Positions 12,011 to 25,121 of a stretch of 64,000 nucleotides of DNA are shown piece by piece. Source of the DNA: Octopus sinensis. Taxonomy: Eukaryota. The translations under genes and the position numbers were made by a program. A model generated the notes under the pieces. The model was not told the origin of the DNA. It searched no databases and was given only the letters and a program-made list of their open reading frames with translations. Every line of letters starts with the position of its first letter. The first letter of the stretch is position 1. Location: the NCBI RefSeq assembly GCF_006345805.1, contig NC_043004.1:13764001-13828000 (forward strand), read 5' to 3'.

Positions 12011-14658
12011 CGCACAAACAAACAAAAGGAACGCAGTGTAAATACGGACAGAGTCAAGACTATTGAAAAGGTTGCAAGACGCAACGAAAATTTTAGGAAA
12101 ATAAATATTAAGAAATAAGTGGAAATTTTACCGGTGAGTGTGTTAAATTATAAGGCACAAAAAGAAAATGATTCTCCCCAGACACAACAGAATTTAAATA
12201 GTTTATCTAGAAATACTATATACGATTCATTCACACACAGAAGGTAACAAGGATATCTAAAACAATAAACGGATGGACCAAATTACCTGACGCATTTAAT
12301 TTCATTCTTCGTATTCTGAATTCAGACGTCACAGAGATTGACTTCGATTTTTAGAGTCAATCAATACGACCGTCTACCCAACAAATTTGTAGTCTTCCTT
12401 CAATACAAGAAATTTTTACTAATGTAAGGTTAAGAAATAGAGTGGTTTGACAAAATAAAGAATGTATTCGGACAAGCGTTTCCTGCATTTAGTTGCATCG
12501 ATTTGCGTTCAATTCACCTTCCCTCTTTGAGGAATCAGTGACATAAAGTACCAGTCACATACGGGTTGTGTGGATTACTCTTAAAATCGACAATTCTTCT
12601 CTGCTAAATTGTTCTTTGAATATTGCCGAAAATCATGAATCGTTGATGATACTACAGATACACGAGGCGCATTTCAGAAGATTTGTGATTTTTATAGGAG
12701 GGATAGTTATAACGGTACTAGATTATTGTAATTTTAGAACATCATTATTGTAGACCTACTAAAGTTGACCTGCCAGCTATTGTTATTCCAGATTGAAGGA
12801 GAAAGCCGATGTTGAGACGGATTTCTTTGCCACCTACAACAGCTTTATGTTGTAGATTATATTCCTTAACTATATTTTCATTTATATTTTTTATTTCATA
12901 ATTATAAATTTTTATTTATGAAGAGTTAGTAACATTTTGTAGGAGCATTTTACCATCCCCATTAAAAGATTCTTATGTGTATCCTAACTGTAACACAAGA
13001 AATAACGAAGCGACTTTCACGTCACCACAAATATTCCAACTGTGATTCTCGTATTAGCGGGGCTCTGACAGATTTCTCATGATTTCTTAACTTTCTTTCA
13101 GACCCGTTCCCAGCTCTGTAAAGATTAATTTCAAATTTTGACACAAGGCCAGCAATTTCAGGCGAGAGGGCTAAGTCGATTACATCCACCCCAATGCTTC
13201 ACTGGCACTTATTTTTATCAATACCGAATGATAAAAGGCAAAGCAGACCTCGGCAGAATTTGAACTCAGAATGTGAGGATGGAGGAAATGCTGCTAAGCA
13301 TTTTGCCTGGTGCATTAACGATTCTGCCAGAGATTTGAACTTAGGTTCTAAAAATAACCATTTCAAATTTTGGCACAAGGCAAAGTTGACCTCAGCGGAA
13401 TTTGAACTCGGAGCATAAAGACGGATGAAATGGCGCTAAGCATTTTTGCCCGGCGCGGTAACGCTTCTGCCAACTCGCTGCCTTAAAGATCTGTTAAATA
13501 CTGTGGGTTTCTTGTCTGCTTTAAAGCTCAGTTATAATCGTCCAGTTATGGCTACTTACACATAATATCTCTATTCATAATTAGAAGAAGAAAAAACTCT
13601 CCCAATTTGGCCCTAAAATGACTGAAACAAGTAAAAGAGTAACAGAGTCCCAAACACAGTTTACATATCATTTTACTGTCAATGGATGTTAATGGATGTT
13701 ATCAAACGGATGTTATTCCAGATGGAATCTGAAAATACAACCGAGAGGAACCTAATGAAAATCAAGAAAGCAGTCTTTAGTTTGAAAATATTTAATCACT
13801 AAATGGGAAAATATATGAAACTGCAGAGTAAAAGAAACGGCAGAAATCTGAATAAAGTTCATTACGGTATTTAGTTACGTTCTTTCTATCGTAATTTCAC
13901 TGAATTTGATTTTGCTTTCACAATTCATGATTAACATACAAGTTGTATGTGAAACAATGAATTGCGACACGTTATGTTAAACACCATAATATATTAGTAA
14001 ATCTGCAGAGTTAACTCCCACAAAACAAAGAAAGATAACTCATAAATTTTAAGCAGAGTTATGTCCCTTAGAACAAATTCTGATATTACTTTCTAATCAT
14101 ATTTCTAAATGAGTAAATGGATTTCATACTCTATAAAATATTGTAAAAAATAAACATTTATCCGAGACTGGTGAGAGTATAGATGAGTGTTCAAATTTCA
14201 TATTTAGTGATGTTTTTCTCCAATAACACGAGAATATTAAAATCGATTAGATAATTATTTTTAATATACCGATAATTTATGCGATTATTGAACTCGATCC
14301 AATGCGGGAACATCATCGTGGTCTGCTTACCTTTTAGAAATAGCAGCCAAAGTGCCCTTAAATTACGTCCTATAATCTTATAAGAAGAAGGTTACATTCG
14401 ACAGCGTAGACAAAAATACGGAGTGGTTTAAAAGCTTGTTCTCACACCTGAAGGGACAAAATCATTCAAAGATTTTAAAAAATGAAAAAAGGTCACACAC
14501 ACACACACACACACGCATGTCCTTATAAGTTTGTAATTTCATGCCAAGATAGGATCAAGTAGGATCAAGAATCTCGCTTCCATTACCTCGTCGTTCTCGG
14601 TTCGATCTCACAGCATCATATATTTGACAGGTGTCTTCTAGTATAGCTTCGTTTTTGC

Positions 14659-14905
14659 TTATTAGTTAATTAGTTAGTTAGTTAGTTAATTTGGCTCAAA
14701 AGCAAATAGCAAGGCCATGTAGGGGGACATGGAGTTAAGTACAAGGTGGTGTTCATGTTAAGAGTTCAGGCCACTTGAGGTCAAGGGAGGCTTTGAACAA
14801 AGCGGTCGTCGGCATCTTCACCATCTCGTCTGGCTGCTTGTTCCACGGATCCGCAACCCGGACGGAGAAAGCTCCTCTCCTTAGCAAACGTACAGGCCGT
14901 ATGTG
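14659..14905 (-). mobile_element. CR1/L2-like LINE 3' end with (TAAC)n tail
   Basis: Minus strand reads LLRRGAFSVRVADPWNKQPDEMVKMPTTALFKASLD (F-S-x-R-V-x-x-x-W-N-x-L-P motif), followed by a 3' UTR and aactaactaact tail. Confidence 0.75.
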
Positions 14906-15102
14906 ATACATGGGCGCGTTTGTGTATGTCTGTTACCTGAGGATAGCACAGGAAATAGTTTATGGACTTAAGCCGATGTGAAATGAATTTTCGGTACCGT
15001 GGTAGGGCAGCCTATGCTCATGCATCAAACCGTTACTCCTCTCAGCTTATGTATGTGTGTAACATCATCAACATCAGCATGCATAACAACAGCAACATCA
15101 GT

Positions 15103-15497
15103 GGAGGCGCAATGGCCCAGTGGTTAGGGCAGTGGACTCGCGGTCGGAGGATCGCGGTTTCGATTCCCAGACCGGGAGTTGTGTGTGTTTATTGAGCGAA
15201 AACAGCTAAAGCTCCAAGAAGCTCCGGCAGGAGGTGGTGGCGACTCCTGTTGTACCCATTCGCCCCAACTTTCTCTCACTCTTTCTTCCTGTTTCTTGTC
15301 CCCGACTTCCTACGCAACCGCTGAGCCTGGATGCGCATTCATCCATTCGCCGATGCTCTCGGTGTCGGGGGTTGACCTGCTTTCTCTTCTGTGGGTCTTA
15401 CGAATAGCAAAGGACCACGTTTCGGACTTCTCCCATCTTGCGAACTCTGGGACGAAGACCGTTCGCTCAACAGCAACAGCAAGCAGCAACATCAGCA
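15103..15497 (+). mobile_element. tRNA-derived SINE family C
   Basis: Head ggaggcgcaatggcccagtggttagggcag...gtttcgattccc shared with 54904; flanked by agcaacatcag direct repeats. Confidence 0.8.
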
Positions 15498-15499
15498 AC

Positions 15500-16065
15500 T
15501 AGTATTAAACTGGTACTTAATTTATCAACCCCGAAAGGATCAAAGGCAAAGTCGACTTCGGTCGCATCTGAACTCAGAACGTAGCGGCAGACGAAATACC
15601 AATTTCTTTACTACCCACAAGGGACAAAACACAGAGAAGACAAACAAGGACAGACAAACGGATTAAGTCGATTATATCGACTCCAGTGCGTAACTGGTAT
15701 TTATTTAATCGACCCCGAAAGAATGAAAGGCAAAGTCGACCTCGGCGGAATTTGAACTCAGAACGTAACGGCAGACGAAATACCGCTAAGCATTTCGCCC
15801 GGCGTGTTTACGTTTCTGCCACCTCGCCGCCTTAAATCTCAATGATATTCCTTTCAACTCTAGACACAAGGCTCGCAATTTTGGGGGAGGGGGCCAGTCG
15901 ATTCGATCGCCCCTCAGTACACAACTGGTACTTAAATTATCGACTCCGAAAGGATGAAAGGCAAAGTCAACCTCGGTCACATCTGAATTCAGAACGTAAA
16001 GACAGACGAAATATCGCCAAACATTTCGCCCGGCATGCTAACGTTTCTGCCAGCTCGCCGCCTTA
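15500..16065 (-). mobile_element. Cluster of family A SINE units (tandem-unit copy plus a second copy)
   Basis: Reverse-complement B box gaatttgaactcagaacgt recurs at about 15570, 15750 and 15985. Confidence 0.85.
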
Positions 16066-16775
16066 TATCTTAATAATATTGAATTATAAAGAGTAAGATT
16101 TTTAAAATATACTTTGAATGGCTATGGGGCCCAGTAGAATAAAATAGGCGATCAAAGCGATCCATAGGCAAAAAATTGTTGAAAACGACTGGACTAAACA
16201 CTTCAAAGTGGTGCCCCAGTTTGGCCATAATCCAAAATTTGAAAGGAGTAACGGATAAAAAATACAAGTTCATAATTATTATTTTCTGAATCTAATTAAA
16301 TGATTCCGTAATTTTGTATAAAGAAAAGAGAAATGAAACAAACTCGTTCAGAAACTCATTAATCGGTAGAGCAACGGAGAAAATATCAAATGAAATTCAG
16401 TTATGTCCCTTACACATTTTGAATTCAAAAAGGTGAAGGTTAATTTTGCCCGTCAGCGTTTTCAAAACTCTACACGTAAAATAAATTCGTTCCGTTGCTG
16501 CGTACAACAGTTTTTGTTATATTCTTGGTTGATATAAAATTACTATTAGCGAAATACGAAGTATTGATTTAATAAGTTCAAAAACTACATAGATTATTGA
16601 AACTAATTTTTAAAACACATTTATAGTTATATAATCAAAATTAAATATTCTATAAATTATCATAAACAATATTTCATAAAGCTTTATCTTCGACACGCAT
16701 GTTTTTTTATTTTAATTTTTACACAATTATTACATTTTAAGTTTTCGTACGTTAGCAGAAAAAAAAAAAAATACT

Positions 16776-16800
16776 ACTTCCGGTTACTTGTTACTTCCGT
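16776..16800 (+). promoter_or_regulatory. Tandem ETS/GABP-type motifs in the UCHL5 proximal promoter or 5' UTR
   Basis: acttccgg (16776-16783) and acttccgt (16793-16800), 29-53 nt upstream of the ATG. Paired CCGGAAGT motifs are typical of TATA-less housekeeping promoters. Function is inferred. Confidence 0.55.
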
Positions 16801-16828
16801 CGAAATTTTCAAATCTTAATTTGTAACA

Positions 16829-16904
16829 ATGTCAGGTACTGCCGGAGATTGGTGTTTAATAGAAAGTGATCCGGGAGTATTTACTGAACTGATTCGAGGA
16901 TTCG
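16829..16904 (+). CDS. UCHL5: UCHL5/UCH37 coding exon 1
   Basis: ATG at 16829; MSGTAGDWCLIESDPGVFTELIRGF+G (UCH signature ESDPGVFTELI); donor gtaagt; 76 nt. Confidence 0.97.
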
Positions 16905-18201
16905 GTAAGTGGTGCTTTGGAAACCGTCTCTGTAAAATCAAAAACGCGACGACTTATTCAATATCCATGCTCAAAGTTTTTCATTTATGCTGATACATGT
17001 GTAGTAAATACTACAGCACCTCCCCCTCTCTCTCTCATACATTCACTTTCTTTCTCTGCTTCTATGTTTTTCTTCCTTTCTCCCAATTTCACATCTGTGT
17101 AAATAGCACATATAAATACCGTATGAATAGTATGTATGTGTGTATATATATATATATATGTATGTATATATACACGCGTACATTTTGCTTAATCATGTTA
17201 CATTCATCCGTTGTCTGTCCTTAATTCCTTATTAACAACAGCATATGTCTTAATTCTCATTTGAGAGCGGTTTTTCACTGTACTAACAGAAGATTCCTCA
17301 AAACTATCGCGTGAAGACCTAACTAGACTACCGAATGTGTTACTATCGTTGTTACCCCCCAAATGTTTTTGATTCGCAACATAGGTATTAATTCTTTATC
17401 TATGTCTCTGTATATAGCGCCGTTTGTGAAAACTGCTGTCTCATCCGAACGTATTTTCTTTTGTTTCTCTCTCTCTCTCTCTCTCTCCATCTGCCGTGTC
17501 GATAGCATTCTGCTGTCACCCTCATTCGCTGGTTCTTATTCTTTTTAAATTTAATTTACCAACCCCCCACTTACATTACAGGATGTTTTTTCAAGTGCTT
17601 CTACGTGGTCACCTAACTTTCTAAACATAGCAGTCAAATGACCCCCAAGCAATTTCCTCACCGTTTTGTAAAAGGACGGCAGGCAATTGTTTAACAGGAA
17701 AAATTAAAATAATAATATTGGTTTCAAATTTTGGCCCCAGGCCAGCTAGTTCAGTGAAGGGGACTAGTCGATTGCATCGACCCCAGTGTTCGACTGGTAC
17801 TTATTTTTCTACCCTAATAAAATAAGATGAAGTCGACCTCGACGGAATTTGAACTCAGAACGTAACGCCGGACGAAATGTCGCTAAGCATCTTTCCCGAC
17901 GTGCTCACGATTCTTCCTACACGCCACCTTAATAATAATAAATATATACGATCAAACGTCTGCCCGATACGGGTTGTCTTAGGGCCAAACAACCCATGTG
18001 TTATTACCTGACTCCGCACAGTTTCCACCCACCACAGCTATATAATCTGATGAGGCCTGGTTCGACATTCATGACAGTAAAATTGAGTGCTCATCCCGAA
18101 GCCCTTTCATCGATATTTACACAGATATTCAATGAATCATGTTGCACCTTCTGGTGCTATCTTTAAGACAACCGACGTAGTCAATGACGGACTTTCTAAC
18201 G

Positions 18202-18475
18202 CAGGGGTTCCTAACCTTGTTTTGCTTGTGGACCCCTTGAGAAATATCTTATCAAATGTGGACCCCATATATGCACATATAAATTTTTGGAATAAAATAT
18301 TTGCTTGTAGGTTAGTAAAATCTAACAATGAAACAATTTCGTTATATTCATAACATAAATTCCAAATACAAATCTTGACAATTTCAATAAACACAGGTAC
18401 GTCTAGTAAACAAAGTTTATATACGGACCCACAAATTACAATTTTTTACTCGTGAATCCCTGTTGGGAACCCCTG
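18202..18475. mobile_element. hAT-type MITE (274 bp)
   Basis: TIRs caggggttcctaac / gttgggaacccctg (13/14) and a perfect 8-bp TSD ttctaacg (18194-18201, 18476-18483). Confidence 0.9.
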
Positions 18476-18602
18476 TTCTAACGCAATGTTTCTTAACCAT
18501 TTTTGTCCCACTTCGATTTAATTGAGAAGACAAGGACAAATTTTGTCTTTTGAGTCATTAAAGACCATGCTGGGACCACTACCTTGAAGAATTTTTGGTT
18601 AG

Positions 18603-18905
18603 GCGCAGGAGTGGCTGTGTGGTAAGTAGCTTGCTTACCAACCACATGGTCCTGGGTTCAGTTGCACTGTGTGGCACCTTGGGCAAGTGTCTTCTACTAT
18701 AGCCTTGGGCTGACCAAAACCTTGTAAGTGGATTTGGTAGACGGAAACTGTCGTGTATATATATGTGTGTGTTTGTCCCCCCAACATCGCTTGACAACCG
18801 ATGGCGGTGTGTTTACGTCCCCGTAACTTAGCGGTTCAGCAAAAGAGACTGATAAAATAAGTACTAGGCTTACAAAGAATAAGTCCTGGGGTCGATTTGC
18901 TTGGG
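18603..18905 (+). mobile_element. tRNA-derived SINE family B, 3' truncated
   Basis: Head gcgcaggagtggctgtgtggtaagtagcttgc, core ccttgggcaagtgtcttctactatagcc, internal (TA)(TG) microsatellite. Confidence 0.85.
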
Positions 18906-20439
18906 GTTATTAACATTTTGAAAACTTTTTTTTTGAGCAAAATCCTAATCTCCTATACAAAAAACAAATTTTTTTTTGAGCAAAATCTTAATCTCCTATA
19001 TTAAAAACAGAAATTTTAGGAAAAAAATAAACAATGCTGGAGGGATAAAGTTTCTTAATATGCTCATCACAAATATGAATTTCTAAATTAAAAAAAAAAG
19101 GTCATTTCAAATGAAAGTGAGCTATAATTTTATAATTCATACTGAAGTTTTACCTGGTGTTTATGTGTGTGCAAAAGAAGTTATTTGTACATACCTTTCT
19201 GGATTCCAAAAGAAGTAAAACTTGTGGTCCCCAGCCGTGATTGTTAAGCTCCAAACAACTCTGCACATGTATCTGTTGTATTGAATGCCCAAAAGAAACA
19301 TTTATGAAAATTTACTCATAAATAAGTTATGTTTACAATTATCTATATAAATTAGTGTCAAACTTTGTATAAAATGAAATTAAATCCACTGTTTTTAATT
19401 TTTAATTTTTTTTTTTTACACAAAAATTGGCAAAAATCGCCATTTCTAAATTACCACTACTCCCACCCCTTCATTTTTAACTTTTTTCACTTTTCTTTTT
19501 TTTTTTTTTTTTTTTTAAAATAGGCGGAAAAATATGGAGATTATGATTCTGAAAACAAATTCTTTTTGTTAAGAATTTTTTTTTCTAAATATGCAGAAAA
19601 ATACAGACATCATGATTCGGACAAAAATTTCAAAACATTTCTGTACTTAGGATTAGTGTTGGGGAAAAAAGTCAAAATTGAAGAAGTTGAGGGGGCGAAA
19701 AATTTCACAATGCCGATTTTTGGCAATTTTCCAGAATCTCCGTATCCGAAAACGGGTATTTTTGGCCCCAAAAATAAACAAATTTGGGGGGATGGGGGTG
19801 GAAGTCTTTCTGTCCAGGTTCAGTCTCAGATCATGTTAGAACAGTTTTGTGACAACATTAACAAAAAAAAAAAAAGTCAGAATTAGCAAAATAGTTGATT
19901 ACAGGTGGAAGCTGTGAAAATTGTGATAATAAAACAAATATCTTCCTCACCTCCACCAAAAATTAATTTCTCTTCCAAAGAGAGAGTGGCATTATCTCTT
20001 TCTGTCACATTTTCATTAGAATGTATCAAGACACTCGGTCGTCACAAAACTGTTAAAACTTTTCAAACATTGAGTGTTTCTTAAAGAAAAATTAAAAGTT
20101 TAAAAAAAAAAAAGAAAATTCCCAGATTCTTAATCTCTATTTTTCTACATGGATTAAAAACAAAAAATATGTTTTTAAAGTTAAAAATTAGGAAATTGGG
20201 GTGGTGTGGTGATGTGGAAATAAAAATTTTGAAAACATGGTTTTTGGGCAAAATCATATTCTCCTATATCAGAAACATAGAAATCTGAAAAAAAAAAAAA
20301 AAAAAAACGGAAACGGGTGGTGTACACATTCTTTACCTCTGCTGAAGACACTTGCCTAAGGTGCTACACAGGATTAAAATAGGAGCCTTGTGTTTGGGAG
20401 TAAAATTTCTTACCACACTGCCACACCTTCGCATATATA

Positions 20440-21245
20440 ATCATCATCATTGTTTAACGTCCGCTTTCCATGCTAGCATAGGTTGGACGATTTTGACTGA
20501 GGGCTGGTGAACCAGATGGCTGCACCAGGCTCCCGTCTTGATCTGACAGAGTTTCCACAGCTGGATGCCCTTCCTAACGCCAATCACTCCGAGAGTGTAG
20601 TGGGTGTTTTTTACATGCCACCGGCACGGGCCAGTCAGGCGGTACTGGCAATGAACTCGCTTGAATCTTTTTACACATGCCACCAGTACAGGTGCCAGTA
20701 AGGCGACGTTGGTAACGATCACGCTCGAATGGTGCCCTTTTACGTGCCACAGCACGGTGGCCAGTCAGGCGGTACTGGCAATGACCTTGCTCGAATCTTT
20801 TTACATATGCCACCGGCACAGGTGCCAGTAAGGCGACATTGGTAATGATCACGCTCGAATGGTGCCCTTTTATGTGCCACCAGCATGGAAGCCAGTTGGC
20901 TGCTCTGGCAATGATCACACTCGGATGGTGCTCCTGGCACCCTACTAGCACGGACACAAGTGCCAGTAAGGCGACGCTGGTAACGATCACACTCGAATGG
21001 TGCCCTTTTATGTACCACTGGCACGGAAGCCGGTTAGCCACTCTGCCAAACCATCACATTTGTATGGTGCTCTTTGCATCCCGCTAGCTTGGGTGCCTGT
21101 TATCAAATTTGATTTTGATTTCATTTGCCTCAACAGGTCTTCGCAAGCAGAGTTTAGTGACCAAAGAAGGAAAAGGTACGCATAAGCGGGCTGGTTACTC
21201 TCCTGGCATAGACCACAGGTTATGGTCTTATTTGGTTTATATATA
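20440..21245 (-). mobile_element. Non-autonomous retroelement with (GAT)n RTE-like tail and internal ~65-75 bp tandem repeats
   Basis: Reverse complement ends ccaacctatgctagcatggaaagcggacgttaaacaatgatgatg; repeated unit gcaccattcgagcgtgatcgttaccaacgtcgccttactggcac. Related copies at 21695-22250, 28290-28785, 33130-33385, 35635-36133, 44655-44870, 50710-50900 and 51345-51570. Confidence 0.8.
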
Positions 21246-22795
21246 TATATATACATATATATATAAGGCCAAAGAGCTATATATATTATATGTAGAATTA
21301 TATTATATGTAGAAAAATACAAACTGGGACAAGAACGTAAAACATTTAGAAGACGATACAAAAAACACGGACGGGACATTCAAAGCCTTCAATCTTCAGT
21401 CAAGAACCAGATCATCCTAGCAATTTCGGCTGATTAATCTTGAGATCGCGTCGATCCGGCCAGCCCCAAGGAATAACTAAGCTACGAGCATTAGATTTCT
21501 TGGAAAAAGGATCGAATGTATACGAAACAGGGACAGAAAAATGGACAATGCCACACGAATATAAAATACAAAAAACAATAATAGTAAAAACAGGTCAAAA
21601 ACAGTGGGTGTCTTACGACTAATAGACAGTACAACTTAGTTTAGCTGGCGTATTTTGGGGAAAAAATGCCTTATTCGGCAGACGAAGACAGCGATGTTCT
21701 CATCATCGTTTAACATCCGCTTTCCATGCTGGCATGAGTTGGACAGTTTCTATCTGATCAGGCAGTTTCTACAGCTGGATGTCCTTCCTAATGCCAACCA
21801 CTCCAAGAGTGTAGTGGGTGCTTTTACGTGCCACCAGTATGAGGGCCAGTCAGGTGGTTCTGGCAACAACCATGCTGAAAAGGTGTTTTTTACATGTTAC
21901 CTGCACGGGAGCCAGTCTGGCAGCACTGGCAACGACCACGCTCGAATGTTGTTTTTTACGTGCCGGTAAGTAGACGCTGGCAACGATCACGCTTGAATAG
22001 TGCTTTTCACATGTTACTGGCATGGGAGCCAATCTGTGGCCCTGGCAATGATCACGCTCTGATGGTGCTTTTAACATTCCACTGGCACGGGTGCCAGTCA
22101 GGCAGTACGGTCATTGGCCACGTCAGCGAATTTGATTTTGATTGTGATTTCACTTGCCTCAGCGCATAAGTAGGCTGGTTACACAGGTTATGGTCTTACT
22201 TGGTTTGCTGGGTCTTCCCAAGCACAGCATATTTCCAAAGGTCTCAGTGAGAGAGAGATATTTGAATTGCTAATTCTAATCACTTGTTATTTCCTTTTCA
22301 TTCTGAAGTATCCTACACACACCATCAAAATATTGATATGCTTCCTTTTGAGAAACACTACAGGATCGCCCCTTGTCCTGCTACTAGCTGACAAATCTTT
22401 GAATCCCACCTACCATCTTAAAAAAAAAACACTCCAAATTAAGTGATTCCAAGTTTCTTACATGTAAGGAAAAGTAGAAGGAACGTGGGTAGAATGCTTT
22501 GATCATGGGTCTGGTCTATTAACTCCTGCCAGCCACCAACACCACCAGTTTTCCCCTCTTAAGCTACGCAAGTGCAGATTCTGCTCACTTTTATTTACAA
22601 AGACATGGATGTGCATTTAAAAATCTCACTTTGTAACCATGTGATTTCCGGTTCAGTCGTACTACACGGCACCTTGGGAAAGTGTCTTCTACTGTAGCTC
22701 TAGACAAACCAGTGCCTTGTGAATGAATTTGCTGGACAGAAAATCTGTGGATGCTTGTATGTGTATATATGTATGTATGCATGTGTGTATATATT

Positions 22796-22838
<43 letters not shown>

Positions 22839-22910
22839 GCAATTACGCGCATAAAGAAATTAAATATAACAGCTTGCATTTGATATACAAATATATATAT
22901 TTATATATAT

Positions 22911-23408
22911 ACTAGCAGTAGAAATTTTTAGAGAGTTACTTCCCTTATATAATAGCGAAAAAATGCATTAAAATGGAAAAAAAACGATGGTAAATTTTTT
23001 TTTAAATCGTAGACTCATGTAGACGCTTTCTTAGCCATTTCTGTTTTGGTGTCTTCAAGTCATGAAGTCGTTGTTCTAAAAGAACTCTGGTCTCCTTGAC
23101 AACGCATTACGACGTTGATTTCCTTGCACTCCCTTCCCCACAGGTGCAGGTGTGAGCGTGGACACCAACTCCGCCGCCATCGACAGACGAAAAATTATGC
23201 ATTAAAATGGAATAAAAAATGATGTTAAATTATTTTTAAAATCGTCGACTCATCGTAGACGCGCGCTAATACTCAGACGGGCTCGATATGAATCACGACT
23301 ATAAGCTACCCGAATTTGGTTAAACTGCACCGCAAAATGTGGGAGTAGTTGGGAATCTAAATCGAAGGGGACAGACACTCACACAACTACAGTTTTATAT
23401 ATATAGAT
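22911..23408 (+). mobile_element. Helentron/HINE (DINE-like) non-autonomous element
   Basis: 5' actagcagta; duplicated internal unit atgcattaaaatgga...aaatcgtagactcat..tagac; 3' acagac/ca microsatellite ending ttttatatatatagat. Same family as 61779-62120. Confidence 0.65.
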
Positions 23409-23872
23409 ATACATAGCGCAGTAGTGGTGAGATGTGACAGCAAAGAAAAGCATACATTCACTCTCTGCATGCAATTAGACTCGGAAAGTTCGTGAGGAAC
23501 CCATTGACCCAATTTGCTGACTTTTCCGATAGCACACAGGTCTCAATGAATGGTTGAATGACCAAATCCAAGCTTCTCTGCTAGTTCCTCAACAGTTACG
23601 ATGAGATTTTGTTCCACCAGGGTTTTCAGGATGTCCTTGTCGAGTTCTACAGATCTTTCATGATGAGGCTCGTCTTCTAGGCTGTTCCAATATAGGTTTG
23701 AAAAAAATAGCTGTTAAAATCGAAATGCACTCTTCAAAACTTGCACTATGAATAAGGACAAGATAAAATTACTACCTGCTTTTATAGCAAGTTAATATAA
23801 GTAGTTTATCCCATTCCCCTCTGACTTTTAGTTCAAGCTGTTGAAAAAACCGCATTATTATATATATATACA

Positions 23873-23904
<32 letters not shown>

Positions 23905-24124
23905 CACACACACTCTCACACACATGCACACATTTATATTCTGTTATTGTTTTATATGTTTCAGCCTTGAGGTTGTGGCCATGCTGGATCATGTGTGTGT
24001 GTGTGTGTGTGTGTCTATCTGTCTGTCTGTCTGTATGTATATATGTATATGTATGTGTGTGAACAATAATATTTTCAACAGATGTGTTGCAAATGTATCT
24101 GATTGTTCTCAAGCTTCAATACTG

Positions 24125-24159
<35 letters not shown>

Positions 24160-24671
24160 GTATGTTTGTGTGTATGTATGTGTGTGTGTGTATGTATGTA
24201 TGTATGAGTGTATGTTTACTTTATTACTAACACAAGCCACTACGGTTATTTAATGTAGTCTTCCTCAAATCACTATCTCTGGCTATTTACTCTCTTCCAA
24301 GAACATTTTCACTCACACTTATGTGTTAGCTTCCCATACATTTTACTCATGTATCTATCAGCGTGATAGAGAGAAACAAATATTACATCTAGTTTCACTT
24401 TATTCGTTGCCCACTGTGTGTGTGCGTTTGCGTGTGGTGTAAACCAGACTAAGAAAAGCATTTGACACACACACCAGAATGTGAGTTTTCTGTAAATTTT
24501 GCTTAATTGGAGTTTAAATTTTAAAAACTGGACCTGGCATGACGCGATGCATTGTACTCTCAAAAATGCTAGGTAAATTGTAATTGAAGAAATGCTATAT
24601 TGTAGATTTGTATAACTCCCAAAGGGAGGCAGATAAAATCTGCCTTTTATAATAAGAGATATATACATACA

Positions 24672-25075
24672 GGCCCAGGTGTGGCTGTGTGGTAAGAAGC
24701 TTGCTTCCCAACCACACAGTTCTGGGTTCAGTCCCACTACATATCACCTTGGACAAGTGTCTTCCACTATATCCTCAGGCCAACCAAAGCCTTGTGAGTG
24801 GATTTGGTAGACGGAAACTGAAAGAAGCCTGTCGTATATATATATACATATATATATATATGTGTGTGTGTGTGTTTGTCCTCCCCCACTATCGCTTGAC
24901 AACCGATGCTGGTGTGTTTATGTCTCCGTAACTTAGCAGTTCCACAAAAGAGACCGATATAATAAATACTAGGCTTACATAGAATAATTCCTGGGGTCGA
25001 TTTGTCCGACTAAAAACCCCTCAATGCAGTACTCCAGCATGGTTGCAGTCAAATGACTGAAACAAATAAAAGAAT
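24672..25075 (+). mobile_element. Family B SINE, CpG-decayed
   Basis: Same head, core and tail as 55487, with CG changed to TG/CA. Confidence 0.85.
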
Positions 25076-25121
25076 ATATATATATAAACATGTAAGCAGA
25101 AAGAAAACAAAGATTGAAGAT

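Noticed and set aside
11368-12084. MYVCMYVC / HTYIHTYI ORFs
   Set aside because: Translations of (TACA)n repeats.
12795-12855. Possible exon ttccag|(R)LKEKADVETDFFATYNSFML*
   Set aside because: No partner exons or recognisable homology; short enough to arise by chance.
18048-18075. ctgatgaggcc hammerhead-like start
   Set aside because: No stem II closure or GAAA follows.
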